Source: a virus. Taken from it: 64,000 nt of DNA. A model generated the notes under the pieces. It saw only the letters and a list, made by a program, of their open reading frames with translations. It searched no databases and was not told where the DNA came from. Shown piece by piece: positions 13,101 to 21,400 of the stretch. The stretch lies in IMG/VR virus record IMGVR_UViG_3300034198_015644, positions 42,490 through 106,489 of that record; one strand, given 5' to 3'. The position numbers were made by a program, and so were the translations under genes. The stretch's first letter is position 1. The number at the start of each line of letters is the position of its first letter.

Positions 13101-16100
13101 ATAATGGTATTTTATATGGTACTACATCAAATGGTGGAAATATAGGTTCATATGGGACAATTTTTACTTGTAGTACATCAGGAAATTATGGAGTAATACA
13201 TAAATTTACAGGTGTAGATGGTGACGGACCACAAGAAGGTCTTTTTAAAGGTCAAAGTAATATTTTTTATGGGACTACTTATGGTGGTGGGATTCATAAT
13301 TTGGGTACAATTTATAGTTGTGATACTTTAGGTAATCATGGGGTAATTTACAATTTTAATGGTTCAGGTTCAACCGGATCTTTACCGTATAATGGATTAT
13401 ATGTGGCAGAAAATGATATTTTATACGGTTTCACTCAGTACGGCGGAATTTATTCGGCGGGAAATTTTTATAGATTTAATCCATATAATTTTCTATATGG
13501 AGATTGTCCTTATTCGGGTACTGTTAACATACCATGTTTTTATTTAGATGAATTAAATGTGGAAGTTCCATGTACAACAAACGATGGTCAAATATCAGTT
13601 CAGGCATTGGGAGGTAATCCTGATTACACATATACTTTGACATATACTAGTATAACAAATGATACATACAGTATAACACAATTTGGTACCACATTTCAAC
13701 CAATAACGTTTATCAATTTAAGTGCATTAACATGGGGATTAATTGTCACAGATTCTAGTGGACAAACGTTAAGTCAAATTTATGATTTTAATCCAATCGA
13801 TAACCCATCTATCACTACAGTTAATGGTGATACTATTTGTATTAGTTTAGATCAAGTGGGATTATCATTAACAGGTATTACATTAGATGGTAATATACTA
13901 TATAGTGGGAATATAGGTCTAACTAATTTTTGTTTTACTGCAGGTTGTGGTAACCATTTGGCCCAATTTTATACTACCAATGGATGTATGTACCCCATTC
14001 CCTTTTCTTTTGATTGCCCACCAAGTAATTTAGTCTTCACAAATTTAAGTCAGATAGATCCTTTTTGTTGTAACTCTTCTGCAAAAATTAATGTGGCAGT
14101 AACAGGCGGTACATTGCCATATACGTATACTATATATAATATACCAACTACCGCGACTTATACTAATACTACGGGTAATTTTACAAACATATACCCACCT
14201 ACAGGAACTTGGCAAGTAATTGCAACGGATGCAAATGGTAGCACGATAAGTAGTAATATTTTTACATTAAATTCAATATTTTTTGCTGATATTACATTTA
14301 TTAATAATATCGCAGTTATTAATTTTAGTGGATCTACTGGAATAGATGTACTAATAAATGGAGTTTCACAAACTTTAGGTTATATTGCAACTAAAGTAAG
14401 TGGGGGAACTTTAAGTTATCCAATACCTTGTGGAACTAATATTAATGTTGAAGTTATTGGTAGAATAGTTATAAATCCTATAACTAAAACTTATGAATAT
14501 TGTCCTATAAGTGCAAGTACATTTTATCCTTGTCCTTTATTTTGTAGTAATATAATTAGTCAACCAAGATGTCCAGGACAAAACGCTAATTCTGTTACAG
14601 TCTTAGTAACAGGCGGAACACCAAACTACAATATAACATTAACTAATGGTACGTTAATTTATACTGCTAACACATCACTAAATAGTTATATTTTTAACGA
14701 TAACCCACCTTTAGTCACTTTAATACAAGATGATTGGACAATAACTGTTATAGATTCTGATGGTACAGTTTGTATACAAGATATAACTATACAATCTAGT
14801 TTTGATGCAACAATAACAGGTACGTCAACGGGGGCATGTTTTACGGTAGTTGGGGGAAATCCACCATATACACTTTATATTGATGGCGTGATTTATACAC
14901 CATTAATAAATCAAATAAGTAATGATATTGTTTATTGCGTACCACTAAATTGCGGTAATCATCAATTAGAAATAAGAGAAACAGGAGTACCACCAGCGGC
15001 ATGTTCAATAGTTTTAGATTACTTTAGTTCCTGTCAATTGACTTGTAGTACAATAACTACAGATCCCGGTTGTAATGATAATTGTAGTGGATCAGTTACG
15101 ATAAGTGTAACTGGTGGAACACCACCATACAACTATAGTTTAATTAGAACCTCACCATCGTTTTATCAAACGACATATACGGGTCCACAAACTACTTGGA
15201 CTTTCTATGATCTATGCGAAGGGACTTATGATATTACAGTATCGGCGTTAACTAATGGTGCGTTTTGTACATCTAATTTGAATCTAGCATCAATATATGA
15301 TGTAGTAGTTAGTGGATATGCAGTTTCAACTAACTGTCTATATGGTGTAATGTGTATTGACATTACGGGAGGAACACCACCTTATGATGTATATATTGAT
15401 GGAATACTAAGAGCAACTGCAATTACTCAAACACATAGTTGTTATAGTGCAACTTGTGGTGTAAATCATACTTATCAGGTAATTGATTCTGCACCTCCTT
15501 GTAATATACCATTAAATCAGGCATTACTTAAAAATACAAGTTTTACAGGGACTAGTGATTGGATATTGACTAATGATTATACTGGTAGTACTATAATATC
15601 GGGAGGTAGTGCAATAGTATCTTCTACGACATATAATACTTTACAAGTATTTAGATTTTTACAAGATTATATTTTCCCGTTCCAAAAACCAATATCAATA
15701 AAATATAATGTCAGTGTTAGTACAGGGACAATTCAAAATTACAATTATTTACCACAATTTAGGATACAAAGTCCTTTTGGTAGTACTAATATGGGTGGAA
15801 TTGCACCTAATTCGACATATTCTACAACAAAACAGATAGTAAGTACGGTAGAACCTGTAATTTTCTCAGGTTTTGGTATTAATTTTTATCAATCGTTCCT
15901 ACCTAATAATAAAACTGAGGTAAAAGACATGCAATTGACATTATTGTCTTATACTGTAGATTGTAGATGTTCGGCTAGCGGAACTACATATGTACCTTGC
16001 AACCCACCATTAACATTAAATGTTGTTTCTTATACAGAACCAAATTGTTTCAGTGCTTGTAATGGAACTATCATCGTTTCTGCAACCGGAGGAGTACTCC

Positions 16101-16435
16101 CATATAGTTACTCAGCAACTAATGGAACGTCAATTTACATAAGCCCTAACGGGGTATTTAACGATCTTTGTGAAGATACTTGGGACTTGTCGGTTAGTGA
16201 TAGTTGTAATACAGTTGTTACAAACGCAGGATTCTTCTTACCAAACTCATTCCATGTAACAGTGGATACGTATCCTACAGAGTTTTGTGTGGGAATAACA
16301 GGAGGAACACCACCTTACCATGTTTTCATAGATAATGTAGAAATTGATACCATTAGTCAAAGTCCGGTTAATATTTGTTATAGCGCAAGTTGTGGGGTAA
16401 CCACAATTATACGTGTGGTGGATAGCTCTACTTAA
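4130..16435 (+). CDS. Giant (4101 aa) Cys-rich adhesin/fibre-like protein: N-terminal GH-like domain, SprB-like repeats, four TIGR03803/GloVer-type beta-propellers
   Basis: Recurrent P(S/T)C...dGsI...GG..PY.Y (SprB-like) units and LYG.T..GG....G.IF blades at about 8220-9240, 9490-10620, 10880-12120 and 12390-13490; no signal peptide or T9SS CTD evident. Confidence 0.75.
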   Translation: MAFPILRDPEVIHLFVDKFPTLLSGPSSAITEFYSFCVKNGVNELSLYDTLSVLPSSTNSVSNFIYSAKTFNYVCEVGGTVNPYDPATLGLKYLNLITTYNNGQPNLSRKYDRITIENEFWNLETSINPLKNTAGFTISTIAGNTVASIAGGIPSSIFVVGNMVKVFGEYRQVLAIGATTITVDRGFTNTVTNQTFEIRDNKVSGAETYAIDFETYLLRLKNIRNVAVANNLKIDAYLSRRVTQVQFLKLIPFIDRILIEADYDQNNYLLYNDPTQLNKIRDVLIRCSQNRTGTVNINVGNNNMQGIGTDFTNELGVGTKIYVSGQVFTIQSIVSSTQATLLETNNSSTINNATFKTYTEFAPIFYINKTLRKTWLTTPVSTKSYADVFKMFTLSGYTVGGSVQSGSNPICYNLEDNPSITGATNLIGISIFDRTEAQSIDIKVAQSSSPRSSCTNPLARSIGANNTYAITFQGNDCTCDNATNGSVTANFSTIQPTPYNYTFTNGGRVIEITNLTTPPPYTFSGLGLGTWNISVRDGNNSVSTGSVTINESFQPTITGNYISAGQGGITVFYTGGYNNYYISRIDNPTNINNQWGPFISYHNAGSDPFFDSNITVNNTTKSYNSSSTPAYNFVPNQSYSFVIGDTDACIKIFTVTIPQASTGPSVNITQTTNPSCDAASNGSITMVAAGTGPYVFHVTYPNGNTSNINSVSTTQVLNNLSAGNYSVTVTDANNVTSTPAVTTTLTNTYNSNINATSTSPNQVCFQLVAGSTYTITSGGGTFQSFNQTVSGPNFTPCFNNLPGGQYNFNVLSSNGCSETIYLTVNSATLTLSLNQYENPSCTQVNDGIINVFATSNGNGQFSYSASNGSVIYSNNSGNFTNLSAGTWTLSVSQNGILGNNIVVQLNNSFYVNVTSTGETVCVSASGGSLGIYTVDINGTLHTYNTASTINCYTGLCSGNVVRVVDGDIINTSISGCVYTTTTPKDCAFNFNVTANTITCGDYGSIIARADGGVTPYIYTATGNGTYTNTTGNFNVLPSGIWTITVEDNIGNSGTTTVNLDSKLKFSADSSALSATCVTIIDGLAPYYILINQILYTASTQGTYCFDLECGYNGIDVYDSCTGTTCANYLFTAPGGIQSFFQNIFWTNCSGMTQSGILNSISPIIGNTFSTCAIFGTPVTTNSKIEISLIGFCPPGTNQDCVVDNSVIVYYDCPGPLSLEQTQDSVNPSCTDSSDGEIYFSGFGGDYPYVSYSAINGNTIYVNGTGTFSNLSAGTWTIYVEDSSNTITSTTVTLVSDFIVDFTITSFTENSVTICANIPIQYQTLEYELTFENQTAILNASNSFCNTFTGITGCSVVNVNLCSLRNYRRLTNIGGGGRSVIKGSDGLFYGVTQIGGLYNYGTIYRYNETTKVYTTLHSFNGTTDGNTPQDIIEVSNGKLYGICLVGGNSGYGTLFSCTTSGSYAVIHNFDGTNGGNPVSNLTLASNGVMYGMTQYDSTYGYGTIFSCSTIGNFGVVYSFQYVFSIPFDGYNPTGKLIEASNGLLYGVTPLGGSSDQGILFNYDYINNQYNNLFSFDYGSVAYPNEIVEGLDNNLYVIGDTFSNKSIYKLDLSGTPKGNVHNFSLSDGSNANKLIKGLNGNLWGSTLYGGLYNFGTIFSCDTLGNFEVLYNFKNSLPNDNFLLNTNSTIFYGTRQSNILYKINVSLPESCCFDTTTNLNDLLKPNIISLYGDYVNGVPSICTTIDISSSVNVWYTVTVNGEENIYDRSLEPNCFSALTEGLTDVSICEYVDSFNYLAIHYFDSTNNTFGTTPNGGLIEASDGNFYGMTFNGGSNDFGVIYSCDTIGNYGIIYNFGSVLFDGKYPLGSLIQGSNGTLYGMTSSDNILNLCGVIFSCTTTGNYGIIHRFDNTVTNGVTKGRTPEGSLCEVSDGFLYGVTRYGGFNNGGVIFKINPTTGQYFSIYEFGQAPNDPLEPIEGVIEVNNKLYGMSYFGGQHNFGTIYELDLNIGVPNTVFSFENVTGSGDIGFYPNGKLTLGSNGLLYGLTTGGGFYGVGAFFEFDPTYLTYRTIHSFSGTPIDGETATGTLFEDENGVFYGLTKEGGPIGRGTIFACDIYDNYKILKTLNNSNGRYPENTYFIKASDNNLYSTVSGGLPNNGGGIIKLTIETLTGCCYSATTNIPQCLDGVTIDTLWIDNMPYVNVLINSQNTTPPYEVTVGGITYPYYVGSLTGNCYPIIGCDPVIVNVCAPEITSQQLSGFTVEHKFSFSDAYDGKNPYGDLTLNYNGIFYGMTSQGGVNEPGYFPTGCGTIFSFDPITKIYQKVYDLDADNGDGFFPKGTLQCDLNYNLYGVNYYDAVSGYGTLFSCTTSGSYAVIHNFDDVNGSNPVTLPSREPLTGRFQRVGTTIKSATGDGVLYSFDNGTHVNDDFSSIGSFGRGTNSYFNDPSISYNKGINSNGPLLVDQELSLIYFGSTQAFVYGMTKEGGTNNNGVIFAYDFFVYGLYDIYNFTGGADGGKPTGGLIKYSYGLYNKVYGMTSEGGAGFGVIFEMDLSIFGSPVNTILHTFAGGTSDGSRPYGSLYEFNGRLYGMTYYGGTNNAGVIFSLDPRLPYPHDYTIIHSFNGSTGGSNPVGSLTMGPDGKLYGMTLYGGNGVGVGGKGIIFSIDFNLTQRAACCYQTTIDVNDPNDINLPLIEGTWFNSQPTISVSIDPNNYYVAPYTVTIDGVTYNYDTNSAKNYFPQLSCGTHTVVITPNAGNNTLDFSGLKSFSGPTIDPGSLFGNPIEPITNEFYALSYAGGALNFGTIFKIDLLGNVEILHNFSGSTYGDGNHPIQDLILSSNGKMYGTTSEGGIYNAGTIFSCDTLGNYGIVYNFSGGTNGGGPIQNLTEVSNGIFYGLVYQTGAFGMGIIFSCDTIGNYKLIHSFSGSPYDGMQPLESFYKHSNGILYGTTFNGGTYNAGTIFSCDTLGNYGIIHSFNNTVIPNNGCNPRCTLIEGDNGILYGTTSNGGNIGSYGTIFTCSTSGNYGVIHKFTGVDGDGPQEGLFKGQSNIFYGTTYGGGIHNLGTIYSCDTLGNHGVIYNFNGSGSTGSLPYNGLYVAENDILYGFTQYGGIYSAGNFYRFNPYNFLYGDCPYSGTVNIPCFYLDELNVEVPCTTNDGQISVQALGGNPDYTYTLTYTSITNDTYSITQFGTTFQPITFINLSALTWGLIVTDSSGQTLSQIYDFNPIDNPSITTVNGDTICISLDQVGLSLTGITLDGNILYSGNIGLTNFCFTAGCGNHLAQFYTTNGCMYPIPFSFDCPPSNLVFTNLSQIDPFCCNSSAKINVAVTGGTLPYTYTIYNIPTTATYTNTTGNFTNIYPPTGTWQVIATDANGSTISSNIFTLNSIFFADITFINNIAVINFSGSTGIDVLINGVSQTLGYIATKVSGGTLSYPIPCGTNINVEVIGRIVINPITKTYEYCPISASTFYPCPLFCSNIISQPRCPGQNANSVTVLVTGGTPNYNITLTNGTLIYTANTSLNSYIFNDNPPLVTLIQDDWTITVIDSDGTVCIQDITIQSSFDATITGTSTGACFTVVGGNPPYTLYIDGVIYTPLINQISNDIVYCVPLNCGNHQLEIRETGVPPAACSIVLDYFSSCQLTCSTITTDPGCNDNCSGSVTISVTGGTPPYNYSLIRTSPSFYQTTYTGPQTTWTFYDLCEGTYDITVSALTNGAFCTSNLNLASIYDVVVSGYAVSTNCLYGVMCIDITGGTPPYDVYIDGILRATAITQTHSCYSATCGVNHTYQVIDSAPPCNIPLNQALLKNTSFTGTSDWILTNDYTGSTIISGGSAIVSSTTYNTLQVFRFLQDYIFPFQKPISIKYNVSVSTGTIQNYNYLPQFRIQSPFGSTNMGGIAPNSTYSTTKQIVSTVEPVIFSGFGINFYQSFLPNNKTEVKDMQLTLLSYTVDCRCSASGTTYVPCNPPLTLNVVSYTEPNCFSACNGTIIVSATGGVLPYSYSATNGTSIYISPNGVFNDLCEDTWDLSVSDSCNTVVTNAGFFLPNSFHVTVDTYPTEFCVGITGGTPPYHVFIDNVEIDTISQSPVNICYSASCGVTTIIRVVDSST
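8470..8535 (+). repeat. 66-bp exact direct repeat, copy 1 (copy 2 at 11191-11256)
   Basis: tagtggttatggtacgttgtttagttgtaccacttcaggatcatacgcagtaatacataattttga is identical at both sites. Confidence 0.9.
11191..11256 (+). repeat. 66-bp exact direct repeat, copy 2
   Basis: Identical to 8470-8535. Confidence 0.9.
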
Positions 16436-16475
16436 AAAAGTAAAATATAAAAGATTAAAACTATGTACGTTTTTT

Positions 16476-16525
16476 ATAAAATCCTTAATTTTAAATAATT
16501 AAGGATTTTATCCTTTTATTTTTAT
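16476..16525 (+). terminator. Probable intrinsic terminator after the 4101-aa gene
   Basis: Perfect 15-bp inverted repeat ataaaatccttaatt/aattaaggattttat (16476-16511) followed by a T-rich tract. Confidence 0.65.
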
Positions 16526-16547
16526 TAAAAAACTTATAAAAAATCAG

Positions 16548-16570
16548 AAAACAAAATAATTATTTTAAAA
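16548..16570 (+). promoter_or_regulatory. 23-bp element, copy 2
   Basis: Identical to 4099-4121, at nearly the same distance from the start codon. Confidence 0.55.
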
Positions 16571-16577
16571 ACAAAAG

Positions 16578-18458
16578 ATGCCTATTCCAGCACCATATAA
16601 TCCTAAAAATTTACATTTATGGGTTGATAATGTTACTAGTTTGTTAACTAACAGTACCAATTTTTTCCAATTAATTGATAATAACTGTATTAACACATTC
16701 ACTATGTATCAAATACCTACGATAACTTCGCAGGTACAATCTTTGGGAAATTTTATATGTGAGGCAAAAACAAATCATGGAGTCTGTAGTGTGGCAGGAA
16801 TTATAAACCCATACGATTGGACTCCTCCTCCGGCCGGTACAAGAAACGTTCAATCTATTGTCAATTACAATAATAACCCAATTACACAGGCAAATTCATG
16901 TCGTAGAATTGATTATCTCACAATTGAGAGTGAGTTTTGGAATATAGACGATCCCGCAATAAATCCTGTAGTTTCTAATGGTTGTACCATAAATATAGCT
17001 GCTAACTCATCAACAGGTACAGTTTCAGGTTGTTTAGGAGGAGTAACCGCAGGTATGATAATAAAAGTTTCTGTTGGGGCGACTTTTGTTTATAGACAAA
17101 TAATTGGTATTAGTGGTAATATTGTAACATTTGATAGAGTTTTTGATCCAATTAACGCGTACTTAGCTGCACCATTTACAGTAATTAACAACCAAACCTT
17201 CTATGGAATTGATTTTGAAACACTATTATATAGGATAAAATATAATATACGACCTATGGCAATTGCAAATAACTTATTGCCATTAGAAATATATGTTTCA
17301 AGAGCTTTAACCAGCGATCAATTTGAAAGACTAATACCACACGTTGATAGATTATTAATTGAGGTAGATTATAATCAATTAAGTTATCCTAGATACAACG
17401 ATAACGATGTAACTAATCCCTCATGGTCAACTAACACTATTAAAAACGCTCTAAGTCTTTGTAGCGTCATTAGAACGGGTACAATTTCAATTGCACAAAA
17501 TAGTAATATTGTAACAGGTAGTGGAACTTTATTTACAAGAGATTTGGGTGAACAATCACAAATAATTGTAAATGGAAACCAAATTTATACAATTGCCACA
17601 ATAATTTCAGATACTCAGGCAACAATTGTTGGTACTTCCCCAATCAATATAACTGCAGGTAGCACATACGCATCTTATTTTGATTACATGCCAATTTTTT
17701 ATACATTACCAGCTGGGGCATTTGGTACTCCTCTTAGGAGACAATGGATGTTAAACCCTTCACCAAAAAGTTATGCGGATGTATATAGATTCCATTCTCA
17801 AAACGCCTATACTGCAGGTGGATCAATACAGGTAGGAAATACCCCTATTGCATTTAACAACGAAACAGATCCATATATTGTTGATTCAGTTTCATTAGTT
17901 GGTTTATCGTTATTTGTTTGGTCTTCTGTTAGTAATTTATCTCCTGTTGCACCACCAGATTATCCTTGTCCACCTTGTAGTGGAGAAACCATAATAGGGT
18001 GCGAGGTTACCGCAATCACAACCTCAAATTGTTTAATCGCAACATATACTAATCCAGCTTGTGATGGTGTTTGTGATGGCACTATAAGTGCGTCTACAAC
18101 ATATGGAATTGCGCCATTTACTTATTATATAACAGGAATAACTAATTCAATAACTTATGTAAGTAGTACAGGTTTTTTCAGCGGATTATGTGAAGACACT
18201 TATATTTTATGTGTTACAGATTCTGCATCAAATACCGAATGTTATTATCAAAATATAGAATTAGTAAATACATTTTATGCATCTATAAATTCATTTTTAA
18301 ATGGTTTTTGTGTTACAATAAGTGGAGGTACAGGAATTTATTATGTATACAAGGATAATCAAGTTTTGCCTTGGGATTATAATAATACTACAAATTGTTA
18401 TAGTGCGGATTGTTCCACACTTTCAGTAATAACAGTAAGAGATACTAGCACATTATAA
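16578..18458 (+). CDS. 626-aa miniature paralogue of the 4101-aa protein (GH-like domain plus one SprB-like pair)
   Basis: Shared motifs: HL(F/W)VD, TIE(N/S)EFWN, IDFET.L.R, LIP..DR.LIE.DY.Q, KSYADV; the C-terminus matches the last ~140 aa of the 4101-aa ORF. Confidence 0.8.
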   Translation: MPIPAPYNPKNLHLWVDNVTSLLTNSTNFFQLIDNNCINTFTMYQIPTITSQVQSLGNFICEAKTNHGVCSVAGIINPYDWTPPPAGTRNVQSIVNYNNNPITQANSCRRIDYLTIESEFWNIDDPAINPVVSNGCTINIAANSSTGTVSGCLGGVTAGMIIKVSVGATFVYRQIIGISGNIVTFDRVFDPINAYLAAPFTVINNQTFYGIDFETLLYRIKYNIRPMAIANNLLPLEIYVSRALTSDQFERLIPHVDRLLIEVDYNQLSYPRYNDNDVTNPSWSTNTIKNALSLCSVIRTGTISIAQNSNIVTGSGTLFTRDLGEQSQIIVNGNQIYTIATIISDTQATIVGTSPINITAGSTYASYFDYMPIFYTLPAGAFGTPLRRQWMLNPSPKSYADVYRFHSQNAYTAGGSIQVGNTPIAFNNETDPYIVDSVSLVGLSLFVWSSVSNLSPVAPPDYPCPPCSGETIIGCEVTAITTSNCLIATYTNPACDGVCDGTISASTTYGIAPFTYYITGITNSITYVSSTGFFSGLCEDTYILCVTDSASNTECYYQNIELVNTFYASINSFLNGFCVTISGGTGIYYVYKDNQVLPWDYNNTTNCYSADCSTLSVITVRDTSTL

Positions 18459-18459
18459 A

Positions 18460-21400
18460 ATGCCATATATTTTTAACGACAAATATTATAAAATAATACA
18501 TAAAATAGGACTTAATAATCTTAGTCAACAATCAAATAGTTCATTAATTATACCTAACTCCTTTCTAAATAATTTATTTTATGCAACAACGGAGGAAACG
18601 AGCTTAGTAGGTTCCAATTTTCGAGGTACTATATATAGAGCTGATGCGGATGGTAACGTTTTTGATGTTTTGTATCTTTTTTCGGGATTAACTCAACCAC
18701 TCACACTATTTAAAGACGGTGATGGAGATCGACCAATCGGATCATTAATCGAAGCACCAAATGGGTTGTTGTATGGAACAACTGATGGTGGCGGGGTTTG
18801 GACTAATAGTAGTCAAACTCCTATTTATGGAAATGGTATATTATTTAGCTATGACCCTTTGGGTAATACATACAATATTTTATATAGATTTTCGGGTATA
18901 ACAAATTTTGATCCGATACCTTCTTTAACGGATGGTGGTAGGCCACAAGCAAATTTAAAAGTAATTTCAGGTACAACAATATTTGGTACAACTTGTGCCG
19001 GAGGTTATAACCCTATAGGTGGGGGAACTGAATTAGGGTCTATTTGGAAATTTGATACGTCAACTAATACATATTCAATTTTACACCATATTACTGCATC
19101 TACGGAAGGAAGAAAAGTAACTGAACTTATTTTGGCTAATGATGATAATTTATATTTTACAACCAAATTTGATGGTGCGGGTTTTCCATGGCCTGCTGGA
19201 GGATCATTAGTTAAATTAGATCTAAATGGGAATAGTACAGTAATACATCAGTTTACCAATACTCCTGATGGGGCAGATCCTTCCGCATCATTATTACAGG
19301 CATCAAATAATTTAATTTATGGTACAACTACTCAAGGAGGAACAGGAGGATATGGGACAATATATACGTGTGATACTTCAGGTAATTACGGAATCATATA
19401 TAATTTTTTAGGTGGAATTAATGGACAAAATCCATCAGGATCTTTATATGAATATAGCCCTGGATTATTTTATGGTATGGCATATGGTGGGGGTAATTTT
19501 AATTTAGGTGTTATTTATAGTTCAGATACTTTTGGAAATGTAGGAGTAATTCACCATTTTGGATCTTTTTATCTAGATGGAGAATCTAATTATCGACAAA
19601 TTACTAATCTTAGTACAGGAGTTAATGGATCTCTTTTTGGTGTTACAAACGGTGGAGGAATAGGAAGCGGGACAATTTATACTTGGATTGATACTTGTAG
19701 TTTTATTTATTCCAGAAGCGGAACAACATTAAATTATTTCGATCCAAATCATATTGAATATTCGTATTATTTTGAAACTATAAGTCCATCAAATATAAGA
19801 GTAGCATTTGCATGTAGAAATAATAATCTTTTTTGGAGAAAAATTACCACATCATTTAATGTTATAGATGAATTTACGTTAGGAAATTTTTTAGACGAAG
19901 CGCCCGTCATAAATAGAAATATATTTTTACCTCCAGCAGCATTTAAAGGAATGGCATATGCCGGACCAAATCAACTCTTTGTAAACAATAGAACTTCACA
20001 AAGAGTTGAATTATATGATATAACAAATACAAGTGCAACATTAATAACTCCAGTATTTTCACTACCTATAACACATCAGTTTAGTATAGGAAATTATACA
20101 GATTCTTTGTATGTAAATAACACTCAAACAGTATTTTATATTAATTTTAATAATACATTTACATCGTTTGATTCTAGTGGACAAATTTTAAATGACGGGG
20201 CACCACCTTTAGGTAATGTAGTTAGTATGTATGTACATAATGGTGATATATACACTACTACTGACAATAATTTAATTTATCTTACCGAACCTTCCGCACC
20301 AAGTGGATGGACTTTTACCTTGATAGGTAATACACCATATAACGAACCAATGTATGCAATCGCACAAGATAATATTTCTGAATGTCTATTATCAATCCCA
20401 ACGGTAGATTATTCTTGTGTAACTTTATTTGTACGTTATGCGGATGATTTTTATATTTATGAACTTGACCCCAATAATCCCGATATTTTAAATTATAGAT
20501 TTAAGCCTTTTTATGCGACAACTCAATTAGCGACAAACGGAATTTATCTTTGGGCACATAGAAGTACAGTTCCTTCATCATTTATTGATGTGTATGATTT
20601 GGCCGCATCGTATGCTACTCTTAATGGGGTATTAGTACCAAGTATGCAAATTACTGTTCCAATTAACACTAGACTTGGTGGAATTTTTTATATATCACCT
20701 AACCAATTATATGTAGTTAATGAAACTTTAAATACGGTAGAATTGTGGGACATATCAACACCACCTACACCTATAATAACAACAGTATTTAATATACCCG
20801 CACCATATTCGCCAGTAATACTTAACTCTTCCTATAATTCTTTATATGTTGATTTAAATAATAATATATTTTATTTGACAACTTTTACTGATTTTGTTTC
20901 ATTTAGTGTAACACCTGGCAACCCTAATCCAACTGTTTTAAATACCTCATCAAGTACAATTCTCCCAAATGGGCATCAAATAATTAACATGTATTTGGAT
21001 AATGGACAAATATATGTTACAACTCAACAAGGGTATATATATTTGGCACAACCGGCGGTGGGAGGAGGATGGACTTTTATACAACAAACATTTATACCTA
21101 GACCAACAAGATTTGGTGTGACACAAACTTATGCAGAAGATTGTGTAGGTACTGTTCCACCCACACCTTTAACAGGTTGTGTTATCACAGGATTAACAGT
21201 AACAGGTTGTTCTGATTTTGTTATAGTAAGTGGGGATAGTCAAGACATAACATGTTTACATGATGGTAGTGTATCAATTCAAATATCAGGAGGATGCCCA
21301 AATTATACATATACATTATACCACCCAAATATAAGTACACAAGTAAATCAAGTAGTAACACCTAACAAAAATTGGACTTTTACAGGATTAACTGATCCGG

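Noticed and set aside
18440-18470. Sequencing frameshift splitting one gene
   Set aside because: TAA-A-ATG looks like normal translational coupling, and the 4101-aa paralogue ends at the equivalent residue
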